A stretch of DNA of 64,000 nucleotides, taken from the human T2T-CHM13v2.0 reference genome, Homo sapiens. Shown piece by piece: positions 25,624-38,683 of the stretch (positions are counted from its first letter, which is position 1; every line of letters begins with the position of its first letter). The translations under genes and the position numbers were made by a program. The notes beneath the pieces are model-generated. The model saw only the letters and a list, made by a program, of their open reading frames with translations, was not told the DNA's origin and searched no databases. The stretch is from NCBI RefSeq assembly GCF_009914755.1, contig NC_060926.1, one strand, 5' to 3'.

Positions 25624-27800
25624 TGCTAGGGGCTTGCTCATCCTCTCTCTACTAGAATAATGTGAGGTTTCTAACCTTATTGAGGCCCTCATTTCTCACT
25701 TGCCCCAAGGTGTTCTGTAAACACTGAGCAACTGCCTTCCCACCTTTCCCCGCCCTGGTCTGCCTGCAGCCCCCTCTCCAACCCTCCGCCTGGTTCAGAC
25801 CTGCTTCCTGAAGGGCTGGGAATGTGCACTCAGGGTACAATGACTGGCTCACAAGTGAAGCTTATCATGGTTATTATTTTCATTATGAGAAACAGCTCCA
25901 TTAATAGTAACAGATCTCTTTGTTTACTTTATCCGGAACAAGTCCCACCCACAAAGAAGAGAGACTGTTCAAAGAACCTAACAAGGAAAGTTGGTCAAAA
26001 CCATGACAAACTCAAGGCCCCCAGACTTTCTTCTCTGCTATTTTAATGATCTCATGCTAGGCCTGGCTGGTGAGCAACACTGTGGGCTATGGAGGGAGAT
26101 GGCTCTGCACTTGGGATGGAAAGTGCCCCTGCTTAATCCCCAGCTCATCTGAGACCCCAGCTGTCTCCCTACCCTCAGGGTTTGGGCCTAATTCCAGCAG
26201 TGTGGAACTTTGTACTGAGCTATCCCCACTCTCTAACTTATAACAGGTGGCCCAGTGCCCATAGTTACACAAACTATGGTGGGATGTTAACAGGCACTAA
26301 AGAAACACTGGTTGGATGTAGAGTGAGTGGTATCCTTTATGGATACAAAACATGGCCAGGCAGAGCCTTGTTCATATGTAAGCAGACAAGCTGGTTGCCT
26401 TTCTGCTACAAGGGCATCAAAGGTCCCCTTGGCCAGGTCTGGGAACATAAGATCCTCGCACTTACTCCTGCCTTTGCCAGGTCATTCTGCAATGCACACG
26501 TGCTCCTAGGAGGGTTTTTTGTTTGTTTGTTTTTCTTATAGTTGTTTTTGCCACAACAAAGCATGAAAAATTTCACAGAACTGTGAACAAAATACCAGCA
26601 ACTAATTTCTTCTATGCTGAGTGAATTCTTTCCAATCTGTAGTATCTTTTTCTCTTCTGCTAACCGCTTCCCACTTCTTCAATGCTGTTGGAGACCTTCA
26701 GTTTCCCCTAACCCCCACTGTGGTCCTAATGATGTCTGTGGGCCTCTGGGGGTGGCCCAAGGGGCCTGAGTCCTTCTAGCCACCATGTGGCACTTCCCCT
26801 CACTCCTGAGTTGGCTCCATTTGATGGCATCACCTCAGAAGCCAAGTAAAGGTTCCTCATATGCCACTGCTAGAAGGGGGTCCTCCCTATCATGTCTGAT
26901 GTTGCTACAGTTGGATGGTCACAAAAGCCACACCGGGATAGACTTCACTGAGGCTACTGAAGTGGGGGAGAATGCCTCTGCATCTGCTGGAATGCCTCAC
27001 TCTTCGATTTTCTCCAAAAGTTTTGTGTGTAAACTATCTTTTTCATTTTTGCCTACTCTCTGCCCTCTTTCTAGGACAGATAAGAGTCCTTGCAAGGTAT
27101 AGTCTCTGACTTAGAGAGATACAGAACTGTATACAGTCCTTCAAATTCCCTCCTCCCCATTGTATTCTGCCAAAATCTTTCTGTAGTTCTTTTGGGATCA
27201 TTTCCACAGCCTTAGAGCAAGTGATCAGCCCACACTGGCTGCTTTTTAATTACAGATAGAAGGCCTTGAAGATAGCAAGTAACTGAGGAGCAAGATCTCA
27301 GATAAAGTTCTTAACTGGGATGCTAAGACACACTGATATAAAGCAAATCCTTTGTAAGCAAGCTACCAAATTGTCATCAAAATATCAAATTATCTTTTCT
27401 ACATCTGAGCATAAGCACTCTTGTGATGATGTCTGTCCAATGGGAAGCTGAATCAAATATGTCTTGCAACGTGGGATACAACCTAGTATGACCTCACCAG
27501 GTCCCTGGTGGGAGGTAAGAAGTGACTGCCAGATGGAACCAGGTATAAGGGCATATTATGGGAACTCAGACCCCTTGTGAGGGTCAAGGGAGCCCAGTTA
27601 CAGTGGAGTCCTCTTCAGACAGCAATATTGGACCGAAGGGTGAAATGTGGAAATAGGGTGATAACTCCAGATACAATTGGAGATAGCTACAGAAAGACTC
27701 TGTAATGCCATATAAAACTCTGGTGTTTGAAAGTATGCCATGATTATAAATAAAGATTGAGAATCACAGGCGTAGAAGGAGATAGAAATAAGAGAATCAG

Positions 27801-28130
27801 AAAGAATGAAATTCTGTCCTTTGCAGCAACATGGATGGAGCTGGAGGCTATTTATCCTAACTAACTCAGAAACAGAAAATCAAATATCCCATGTTCTTAT
27901 TTATAAGTGGGAGCTAAACAATAGGTATACGTGGACATAAATATGGGAATAATAGGCACTGAGGACTCCAAAAGTGGGGAAGGCAGGAGGAAGGTGAGGA
28001 TTGAAAAATTACCTGTTGGTTACAATGTTCAATATTTGGGTGATGGATACACTAGAAACCCAATCCCCACCATTATGCGATGGACTCATGTAACAAACCA
28101 GCACGTATACCCCCTGAATATATTTTTCAA
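27801..28130 (+). mobile_element. L1 3' end fragment (L1PA15-16/L1PB-like)
   Basis: ctttgcagcaacatggatggagctggagg...ataagtgggagctaaac...catgtaacaaaccagcacgtataccccctgaat. Confidence 0.85.
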
Positions 28131-28309
28131 AATCAATGAGGAGATGTTGGCAATTTAATGCATTAAAGATAGGAAAGAAGAAAGAGAGGAAGCTTGATGA
28201 TGGAATGACATTTTGAAGTGAAGAGGGAAGTTGAAGAAGCTCTCAGTGATGACTCCCATCCTTTTAGTAGGAAGTAAAGTCACCTGTTGATAAAAACAGC
28301 AAGAGTAAC

Positions 28310-28500
28310 ATATACTTACCTTTGACCAGGGACTGTGCTAAGTGGTTTGCATATGTTTGTTTAATCTCTACAACAATTCCATAAACAAGGAAGTATTATT
28401 ATCCTAATTTAGCAAGTGAGGAAGCCGAGGCTCAGAGAAGCATAATTTATCCACCGTCAAAAAGTCAGGAAAGGTAGAACTAGTCTCCAATCAGGTGAAA
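28310..28500 (-). mobile_element. MIR
   Basis: ctgtgctaagtggttt...tattattatcctaattt...gaggaagccgaggctcagagaag. Confidence 0.7.
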
Positions 28501-28805
28501 TGAAATGGGTCGGGAGCAGAGTTGATAGCTTAGTTTAGCTGTGTCGTGAGTGGTCCAGGGATGGACAAAAGCTGAAAAAGGGGGTTGGAAGATGGAGCCT
28601 TCCTCCAGCAACACTTGGCAGAAGGAGAGGGGTGCAGACACTGGGTATTAGCAAGTGTGGAGGGCAGTGCAGGCCAAGGAGACAAGGGCATCATTGAACT
28701 GGCTGGGAAATAAGATGGGGCTCAGAAGGAAGTGTTGAATGGGGACCAGGGTGATCGATGGAGCGCTGTGGAGGGAAGGAAAGGAGAGCATGGTCCTGGG
28801 TGGGG

Positions 28806-28819
28806 GTTACCATGGAGAC
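28806..28819. promoter_or_regulatory. RFX X-box-like motif upstream of the internal promoter
   Basis: GTTACCATGGAGAC, a near-palindromic match to GTTGCCATGGCAAC. Confidence 0.4.
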
Positions 28820-29029
28820 AAGATGTGGAGGTACAGGCTGGACTTACTCGAATGACAGGCAGAACTCCTGTGTGAAAACAAAAGCCAAATATACCATGCT
28901 GAGTGCATGCAGGTTCAAGGGGCTCTGGCTTCAAATCCTGCTTCTGAGTTCTATTGGCAGTGACGATCTAACTGTAAAGGTCATAGGAAGGCAGCAGCAG
29001 TGAGCGCCTTGTACAGCATAAAGGGCTGG

Positions 29030-29960
29030 GATACTCTCCGTGGGCAGGGGACAGAATGGCACTGGGCAGGAGAATTCAGAAGGTGCCAACTCCCTGCAGG
29101 CTGGCCCTGTGGCCGGGGGCTGGGGTTTGAGTGGGGTCCGCTGGAGGGGGCCTGCGTTCCACAGCGAGGTTGGAGCTAACAGCTTCTGTCTTGCGGCCCC
29201 TCCTCTAGCCGGCCGCTGTGGAAGAGTGCCCAGGCAGCTTCCGGCGGCCTCTGCAGCTGCGTGGGACTCACCCCGAGCCTTCAGAGTGAGGCATTATTTT
29301 CTCCTCTCTCTTGTCAGATACTGACTCCCACGCAGGAAAAAGGAAGCACCTTTTGTCAGATGCTGTGGCCACTTCCTCTTCAGAAGGCTCCAGCCAACCT
29401 TTCGGTTTGCAGAATGACGGGGCCCGCCGCGGTGCCGGACTGCCTGTGCACGGGGCCACCGACTGCAGCCTGGGTTTTATTCTTGGCCTGGCCCTGACCG
29501 GGAGCTGGCCCCTCGGCTGCTTCTCTGGCTCGGGGGGGACTTTCTCTGGCTCAGATCCGGACCCCTGAACTGGACCTGGTTGTCGTCCCCCCGCTTCTCA
29601 GCCCCCTCTGGGGTTCCTCTCTCCTCTCCGCCCACTCTTTGCTCACTGCCCCATGTCCCTCGGTCAGTCGGCCTGTCTGTTCCTCTCTATAGCTCGGTCA
29701 AGGAGTGTGATGACTGGCGAGCAGATGGCTGCCTTCCATCCATCGTCCACCCCCAACCCGCTGGAGAGGCCCATCAAGATGGGCTGGCTGAAGAAGCAGA
29801 GGTCCATCGTGAAGAACTGGCAGCAGAGGTACTTTGTGCTGAGGGCGCAGCAGCTCTACTACTACAAGGATGAAGAGGACACGAAGCCCCAGGTACCAGC
29901 CAGGCTGTTTGTCCCGTTCATAAGGCACGGAGGAGGCGGGCCTGGAGCCCGCTGGGATTT
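29030..29960 (+). promoter_or_regulatory. ARHGAP25: CpG-rich internal promoter and 5' UTR of the MSLGQ isoform
   Basis: Clear local CpG/GC enrichment against CpG-poor flanks. ETS motifs (GCTTCCGG ~29237, CACTTCCTCTT 29370-29380), kB-like GGGACTTTCT 29536-29545, and in-frame ATG at 29653. Confidence 0.75.
29653..29892 (+). CDS. ARHGAP25: ARHGAP25 coding exon: N-terminus and first half of PH domain. Internal exon is 29693-29892; the internal-promoter isoform starts at ATG 29653.
   Basis: Translates MSLGQSACLFLSIARSRSVMTGEQMAAF...IKMGWLKKQRSIVKNWQQRYFVLRAQQLYYYKDEEDTKPQ, a typical PH beta1-beta3 pattern recognised as ARHGAP25. Acceptor tcctctctatAG at 29691-92; donor CAG|gtacca after 29892 (phase 0). 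Confidence 0.96.
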
Positions 29961-30229
29961 CACTTAAACTCACAGGGGCCTTCTCAATAGGACCAGACAC
30001 ACCCATTGGAAAGGAAATTGCTTTTCCCTTTACACCATTTTCTAGATACATAAACTGAGTTGCAAAGATGACAGAGTGGTCCTCCAGGAAGCACCAGGAT
30101 GGGCACTGTGGAGTTTCCTACACATGGCTCTGAGTCAAGACTGGCAACAGGGCGGTGATGGTAGTGACACTCAGTCAAGGGCTCAGAGAGAGTGGATTTG
30201 GGTTCAGGAAAACCGATTTTGGGACTCAT

Positions 30230-31030
30230 TGATTTGTTTGTTCAGTAAGTATTTATTGAGCGTTTATTATATGCCACACACTGTTCTAGGTACTTGAAAT
30301 AAACTATGAGCAAAACAGATAAAAATCTCTTCCATATGCAGCTTAGAATGTGGAGGAAAAGACACATAAACATAACAAATAAGAAAAGTATGTAGTTTGT
30401 TAGAGAAAAGATTAGTTCTATGAGGAAAAAATAGGATGAGCTAGCAGATGTCAAGAGTTAAGGGAAGATGTAATTTTAAAAAGGATGGTCAAATGACCTC
30501 ATGAAGAGGGTGACACTGGGGCCGAGACTAAAGAGGAGAGGGAATAAGCTGGGTAGATCTCTGGGGAAAGAGTGTTCCAGGCAGAGAGAACGGCCGGTGC
30601 TAAGGCACCAAAGGGAGCATATCTGGCCTGGCTGCGGAATAGCAAGGAGGGCACTGTGGTGGGAGCAGAACTAGCAGGTAGGAATCAGAGGGGATGAGGT
30701 CTGAGAAGCAAGAGGGTAGTCAGGGGTCAGGGGCACAGACTGCTGGGGCACTGCAGGCCACTGTAAGGACCTGAGCATTCACACTGAGGGCCACAGGGAG
30801 GCATTGCAGGGCTCTGAGCAGAGAGTGACAGTTTTTGGTTTAAATTGTAAAAAGACAGCTGTGGCTACTGTGCTCAAAAATAGAGCCAGAGGAGACGCAA
30901 GTAATCTAGGTAAGGGGTTATGATGTTTAGGGGCTCAGTAGGAGTTGTGGGCTGGAGGAAAATGGTCAGCTTCTGGATATACTTTGAAAGTAGAGCAAAC
31001 AGGATTTCCTGATGCAGTGGATAAGGCTGT
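30230..31030 (-). mobile_element. L2 3' fragment
   Basis: agtatttattgagcg...gagtgttccaggcagagagaac...ctggatatactttgaaagtagagc. Confidence 0.8.
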
Positions 31031-33618
31031 GAGAATGGGCTTTAATCCTAAATCTTGGGCCTAGGTCTCTTCGGCCAACCTCATTGCTTTTTTGGCCATT
31101 GTGGTGTGTGAGAATAAAAGAGGATGCTCTGAACAATTACGCCAGGACCCCAGGTGCAAACTGGATGTCTCAGGGCATCCAGCACAGCTGTCACCCACCT
31201 AGAACTCATGTGTGTGGAGATGGAAGTATGGGCTTGGCCAGAAGGAGCTTATTTGGGATGACAGACTCTAGAACCTTCTGGAGCCAGAACAAAATCCCGA
31301 GAAAGGCAAGGACAAGAAGTGTGTAGATATTGGGGGTGGGTGGGACCAAAATGAAAAGCTCATTTTGGAAGAGGACTGTTTTCTTTAAGGGCAGGCTTGA
31401 GGATCCATTGCACATCAGCAGGACTTGGTTAACCAGTTCCTCCACTTAAGGGCTCTGAACTCTGGAGTCTCTGTCACTGCAGAGGCCAGGGAAGGATCGC
31501 AGGGACCCCACCACAGATGGGGCTCTTGCCTCGTGTTCTGTGCATGGTAACCAGCCTTCCTTCTCTTTATAAACACCCCAGACCTTATTAAAGCCAAGCA
31601 ATTCCAGGCTAAGATGGCGGTTGATATGTTAAGACGATGGAGGAAGTCCTCCTATCTGCAGAGTGTAAGGGAGACGGCAGTAACGCTTTGGCCACCCCAG
31701 ATCAATGAAAGGGGCAGCTGAGTGTGTTTCCATGAAGTGTAGAGGGTGAGAGGTAGTTTATATAAAAGGATGTGTTCTTTTCCTGGTTCCACCACTGTTT
31801 GGCCCTGTAATTATTTCATTTTTCCGGACCCCGCTTTATTCTTTTATAAAATTAGACAATACTACCTGGCCTGCATTTGTCACAGGATCAAATGATATAA
31901 AGCAGGTATAAAAAACTGTTTTGTTAAAACATAAACTAATGTCAAAGGGTAAAATAAATATCTGAAGGTTCTTGCTTCTCCTCCTTACTTCTGGGAGGAA
32001 GAAACCCAAAGCCTTCTCAGGACTAAATTAGCCTGAGATAATTAGGTAACACTTCTAGGATGACAAGGATAATTTATTTTGAGGAAATCTATTGATATAA
32101 TACATCGGATCAATAGGTCAAGTAAGCAAAGCCACACAACCCTTCAATAGATGGCTGAAAAATGCATTGATAAAATCCAACACTCATTTCAGATATGAAA
32201 AATAGAAAAATAAAACCTTTAGGAATACAATAATAATTTCTTAGAAAGAATAGTGTATTTTACCACATGTTGATATGTATCATTTGATTATAAAAGCTTT
32301 AAAAATTATTCACAATCCCATCAGTAAGAAATAGCCACCTATATCCCCTCCACTTTCAGCCTTCCCTATACATATGTATTTAGGAACTCATCTATTGTAA
32401 ATGCAAAATTAGTATAATAAATATTATTTAATGAAAAAATTAACAATATATCATGAATTTTGCCCCAACACTAAATATGATTCTACAATATAATTCTTAG
32501 TTATGTCAAAGCAATCTATTATATGAATGTTCCATAATTTATTTAATTAATTTTCCACTGTTAGGAATTTGGGCTGATGTTTATACTATTATCACAAACA
32601 ATAATTAAGTAGATTCCCCACAGCATTGTTTATATTAGTGATATGACAACAATGCCCAGTGGTAGGGGCTAACTTATATTAGGCTACTTTTATATATCTA
32701 TACAATAAAATACAATTCAGACATTGATGCTCCTAATTAATACTTTTTGAAATGGAAAAATGTCCATAACATTACTGTCTTTAAAAAGCAGTTTACAACA
32801 GAAGATGATGTATATACTAATCCCATTCTTGAAAAAAAAAGCATGAATCTGTATTTATAGAAAAAGGCCTAGAAAGACATACACAGAAGTATTAACCGTG
32901 GTTATCTCTGAATACTGGGGTTACACATACAATTTCTAATGTCTCTTTAAAAATATTTTTATAATTGAAGTGTAATCATTGTAAATTTAAAAAGAATGCA
33001 CACAAACATCCTATCCCCCAAGATACCAAAAAGCAGAAACATCACAATAATCTTGGAGCCATCAGGCGTAAGGGCCCTCACATACACTGATGATGTGTGT
33101 GTTGGTTGGTACAACCTTTCTAGAAAGTCATCTGGCCAGATTTACTAAACACCAAAAAATTGTCATACCCTTAGACACAGTAATTCTGGGTCTACTAAGT
33201 TCCAAAAGAAATAATAAGAATATTCAATGCTATTTATAATGAGAAACATTGGACCTAGCGTCTGGCAAAGGAGAATGTAAATAAATTATGGAGCCGTGTA
33301 TGATAGACTTTCCTGTATGTGCTTCTGGAGAATCCTGTGGCCCTACACAAGGCAGTCTGTGCATTTTTTCTTTGAGTTCTCAGAAAGATCCTGTCCAGTT
33401 TTAACGGTTTAAGGCTGTGTAAGTCCATGAACTAGCTTTATATAAACCATTCTAGAGAGTTGCTTGTCAGGGAAATTGTTTCAAACAGAATCTCAGCTTA
33501 TCGCCCTCAAGTTTCTGTTACAATGATGGTCTCAGACAATCCTAGTAGTAGGGTAGACCCGTGGTCCCATTGTCTCATCTGCCTGTTTTCTGAGGCATCG
33601 CCACAAGTGGTTGTCTAC

Positions 33619-34000
33619 CAGCGGTGTGCTGGTAGATAGTTAACAACTGGCCCTCTGATGGGAGAGCCGATTGAAGGGCAACATTTGCTAATTTCTGTGT
33701 GGCAGATACTCCCATCATGACTGATGCAAGCTACCAACATTATACCACTGAACTCAGAGTTGAGAAGAGACATGCAATAGCACCACATTATATAGGATTT
33801 CCACCACACAGATAGAATAGATGGAAATAACCACAACAGCAGAAATGATAGCAAAATAATCAGAAAGGTGTACAATTTAAGTATCTTCACCTTTTTAATA
33901 GAAAATATTTCATTGTAAGCTTATAGAATTTAAATTTTAGTAATAGCTGTATTTAACTGGCTTAAAACTTAACAGTTAAGTTCTCATGAGCCAATATAAG
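33619..34000. mobile_element. MER63-like (hAT-Blackjack)
   Basis: cagcggtgtgctggtagatagttaacaactggc terminus and caagctaccaac...ccactgaac internal segment. Confidence 0.65.
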
Positions 34001-35046
34001 CATTTTGAAAAATGCTTTAACAAGGAGTTGGGCTAAAATGTAGTTCTAGATGAACTACAACTTGGATTTAAAAGTTACAGCTAGAGAATTCTAGATATTC
34101 TGGCACCTCACTGCCACAGCTGTCTCCATTGCTTTACTGCTGAAGGACTTGTGGCCTCCTGCATAAACATTTCTGTCCTTCCATCTTTATACAGAGCCCA
34201 CCCCAGTCAACTTGCTAAGTACAAGTGGCTCTGGGCAACTTGGGCCCTTCCCTTCCTGGAACAATTCTTCCTTCCCTATCAGTGTCCCCACCCTCACCCC
34301 TACTGGTGTCTCTTCCTCTTACCTGCTTTCTTCTTGCCATTTATGAAGTTCAAGCCTCTCATGCTGAGCTTGAGGAAAGGGCCTGCAATTAGTCATTTAC
34401 ACCTTGGTGTGAACATGTTTAACTCTCATTGTTACTTCTCTCAGCAAGTGGGACTTGTAAGTAAAGCCTTATTTGTAATTCTGGAATCACACTGACTGAT
34501 GCTGGAATCGTAGATTTCTTATTATCTAGCTTTTGTGATCCTGGGTCAGCTAATTAACTTCCTTGAGCTTTACTTCTTCCTTTCTCCAATGGGGAAGAAT
34601 AACAGTCCTTCCCTCCTAGACTTCTTATGAAGATTAGATGTGCTGATACATTCAGGGCAATTAGCATAGAGTCAGACACCTAGGGAATGCTCAATAAATG
34701 GCATGTATATTTTTAGTATTTTATTGTTACTATTTCTGATGAAATGATTTTGGGTGTCAAAAGACAGTTTGGAGAGGTACTTAGGGGAGGCAGACACCTC
34801 TGTGTTTGCCCTTTCCTTCTCTCCTTACCAGACAGTGCTCCATCCTGCCTAAAAGCAACAAGGCCTTTTATTCTGGTGCCATAACTCATCCAAAGTAGCT
34901 CAGCAGCACAACCTCAGGGTCATTTTTTCTGAAGGCATGGATGTGATTTATTAAAGATGGTGAGGACTGTGTAGGTGGAGGTTATTTTTAAATAATAAAA
35001 TTAGAGGAATGTAGAGGAATTGCAGAATTCCACTTTCTAGACCGAT

Positions 35047-35200
35047 TTTCTTTTTCTTCTCCTTCCCCTTCCCCCTTCTCCCCTTCCTTGTCTTTCATCC
35101 TCATTCTCCTCCTCCATTTGTTCTTTCTCCTCTTCCTTCTCCTGCCCTTTCTGTTCCTTCCCCTCCTCCTCCTCTTCCTTCTTGTCTTGTTCTCTCTCAG
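35047..35200. repeat. Polypyrimidine low-complexity tract
   Basis: Almost pure C/T run. Confidence 0.85.
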
Positions 35201-35574
35201 TCTTAGGCATTTTTATTTCTAGATCCTCAAGAAACATTTATTCTCTTAGGCTCCTGAGTGGATCTTACTTCTGAGATTTCCTTAAGACTCTTTTGCCTTT
35301 ATAGTGTTCTCTGCCACCAGTCATCTCCATCGGTACTTTGTTTTGAAATAAAGACACGTGTGTTTACTCAACTCAGAATCAGGCCTGCTACCTTCAACAG
35401 CCAGCGAGGTGTAAATTATGAATAACTAGATCCAGTGCGCACTAACGATGTTACTTTGTGCAGTCACTTAGACATTCAAAGTGTCAGTTTCCTCATCTGC
35501 AAAGTGGCAGTGATAAATCTTGCTATGCTCTGGATATGGAGCTGTTGTGGGGGTCTAATGAATTATCTCAAGTG

Positions 35575-35992
<418 letters not shown>

Positions 35993-36708
35993 TCAGACCC
36001 CTTCATAGATCTGGGCTTGGTGGTGGGACCATTTCCCACCACCTCAGCTTTGATGGTGAAGAGCACTGGCTTTGGACTGACTTCTGAGATGAACTACTAT
36101 TCTGGCACTTACTAGCTCTATGACTTTGGGTAGATTATAGAAGCTTTCTGATCTCTTTTCTTCACCTATAAAATTTACATAATGATACTTTCCTTAGAGG
36201 ACTGCTGGAAGGACTACATGAATAATACATTCAAGGTGGTTAGTGAAGGTGCGAGCACCTTCTACTCAATACCCCATCCCCCATCCCCTCCAATGGTCAC
36301 CTGAGTGGTTCAGTCCTCCCTGAACCCCTCTGGCAGCTTGGCAGGTAGTATGGTCTCCACAGCCTCAGCATTGCCTTCACAAAGACCAAGTGTCTCATTT
36401 GGCCATCAAGTTGGGTCCTTGGAAAAGTGGGAAGAGGCAAGTATTGGTGATGACACCCTCTTAGCTCATTCTTATATCAGAACCTTGTCTTTCTCTGGGC
36501 ACCTGATTTGCTCTGGAATAGCTGCCCTTTGATTTGCCCAAGGCCTGAGTAGCAGAAGGGGCCCCATTAAAACTGGGAGGCTAGCTTCCCATGTCCCTAT
36601 CCTCCTACTCTCCTCCCCATCCCATCATTATCCTATCTGTTGTCCAACCCAATTTTAGTTTATATTAAATTGCTGCTTATCCTTAAGGCCTGACTTTTCA
36701 TCTTTCAG

Positions 36709-36796
36709 GGCTGCATGTATCTACCAGGATGTACAATCAAGGAGATCGCCACAAACCCAGAAGAAGCTGGGAAGTTTGTCTTTGAAATCATTCCAG
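36709..36796 (+). CDS. ARHGAP25: ARHGAP25 coding exon, 88 nt, middle of PH domain
   Basis: ttttcatctttcAG|GGC...CCA G|gtaggc encodes GCMYLPGCTIKEIATNPEEAGKFVFEIIP. Phase 0 in and phase 1 out match the neighbouring exons. Not shown in the ORF track. Confidence 0.95.
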
Positions 36797-37173
36797 GTAG
36801 GCCACCACAGGTAGGACAGAGGTGCAGTGCAGAAGTAAAATTCCCATTTTACTTCTGGACCCTAGAAGTCAAAGCTATATTCGGAGAGTAATTCAACTAA
36901 CTAACCAACCAGCCTATTGAGAGCCCACAATGGTTCTTTATACAGTTAATGAAGCTATTGTAGTTTATTAACTAGTATCAAGTGCTTGAATAATGCCCAT
37001 GAAAGAAGTAGGTGAGCATTTTGTTCAACTCTGTAAGCATTTCATGAGCGTGTGCTAGGAGCCAGTTACTGTACAAGGCTCTGAGCCACTGACATGAAAA
37101 GTGCACCTTCTCTACTCACTAAAATGAACTCAGTGTAGAAGGAGAGTAGGTCATCAAATTTAACAGTTAAAAT

Positions 37174-37252
37174 ATAAATGGAACCACGTGAAATTGCCAT
37201 TTTGATGGGTCAAAAATTATAAAAATTCAGCAGCCTCAGATGGTTCCACCCA
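37174..37252. mobile_element. MADE2-like mariner MITE (~80 bp)
   Basis: Terminal inverted repeats tggaaccacgtgaaattgc ... cagatggttcca around a ggtcaaaaa core. Confidence 0.7.
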
Positions 37253-37914
37253 TTGCATCTCACCCATTGCACATGATTGGCACATTGGAGGTGCCTCTTT
37301 CAAATCAAGAGTTTCCTTCCTTGAATGCATTTGGAACAAGGGGAGTTTGGGTCATGCTCCTGGATCTGCCACACTGAGATGCTTCTACTCTTCTCCCTGT
37401 CTCTTGCTCCTCTGCTAGCCCTAGCCCTGCCAGGGGCTCCAGGACTAGAGGCTAATCTGGCTGTGTAGCCTTGCTGCTACTGCTGTACTGACCACAGCGG
37501 AGGAGGCCACATGGCCCCTGAGTGCCTCTTTTCTTCACCCCCTCCTTCCCACTCACACAAGGTGACTGTGTGCATAAGAAAGTTGATGGAGAAGGCAGCG
37601 TAGCATAGAGGTTAGAAGTGTCCAGTCTGGAGCTAGCCTGCCCTGACCCTGTCACTTACTATTTGTGTAAGAGGTTACTTAATTTCTCCCTGCCTTTTGA
37701 TTTTTTGTCTATAAAATGGGGACAATAATGATAATAGTAAAGATTTAATAAGGAAATAAATATGAAGCATTTGATACAGTGCATGTCATATCAGTGTTTG
37801 ATATTTGGGAATAATCTAGAGATAATTATAATGCAGAAAAAAAATCCTAAACTTGGCTATGACTGTTTATAGAATACAAATTTACAAAAATTTTTAAGTT
37901 CCTAGATGCTTGCT

Positions 37915-38238
37915 TGTTTGTTTTTTTTGTTTTTTGTTTTTGTTTTTTTTTTTGAGTTGGGACAGTCTTGCTCTGTTGCCCAAGCTGGAGTGCAGTGGCG
38001 TGATCTGGGCTCACTGCAGCCTCTGCCTCCCCAGTTCAAGCAATTCTCCTTGCCTCAGCCTCCTGAGTAGCTGGAACTAGAGGTGTGTGCCGCCATGCCC
38101 AGTTAATTTTTGTATTTTTAGTAGAGACAGGGTTTCACATGTTGGCCGGGCTGCTCTCGAACTTCTGACCTCAGGCAATCCACCTGCCTCAGCTTCCTGA
38201 AGTGCTGGGATTACAGATGTGAGCCACCATTCCTAGCC
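37915..38238 (-). mobile_element. Alu (AluSx/Sz-like)
   Basis: T/G-interrupted tail followed by a full antisense Alu body. Confidence 0.92.
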
Positions 38239-38621
38239 TCCCTTGCTTTTTCATCTGAAGGTCTAACTTCCTCTCTTTCTCTTCAGAGGAAAAGCAGGAA
38301 AGCCTGCTTTTTCAGTCTCTCCTCACTAGAAATATCTCTCTCCCTTTCCACAAAGGTTATTCTGTTCTTAGGATGCTTCTCCCAGTGCAATTCATGGGAC
38401 ACAACCATCCATGGTAACATGTGTGTCCCAAAGCCTGGGTTTTCAATCTAGAGTAACCCTACTGAGAGATCCAGCTGAAGATTCACTGTGGGCTTTGCAC
38501 CAAAAATACCTACTCTTCAACATTGCTATACCAGTGCAGGAGGAAGGTTTGTTCTCTCATTATCACTTATGTTTGCAGCAGTCTCCTGGCCTGCTAGAGG
38601 AATTCACAAACAGATCCTTTT

Positions 38622-38636
38622 TCTCTCTCTCTTTCG

Positions 38637-38682
<46 letters not shown>
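38622..38682. repeat. (CT)n(CA)n microsatellite
   Basis: Visible. Confidence 0.9.

Positions 38683-38683
<1 letters not shown>

Noticed and set aside
29893-29967. Read-through tails of exon ORFs (also 42433-42494 and 61930-62038)
   Set aside because: Open frame continuing past GT donors; protein similarity stops at the donor.
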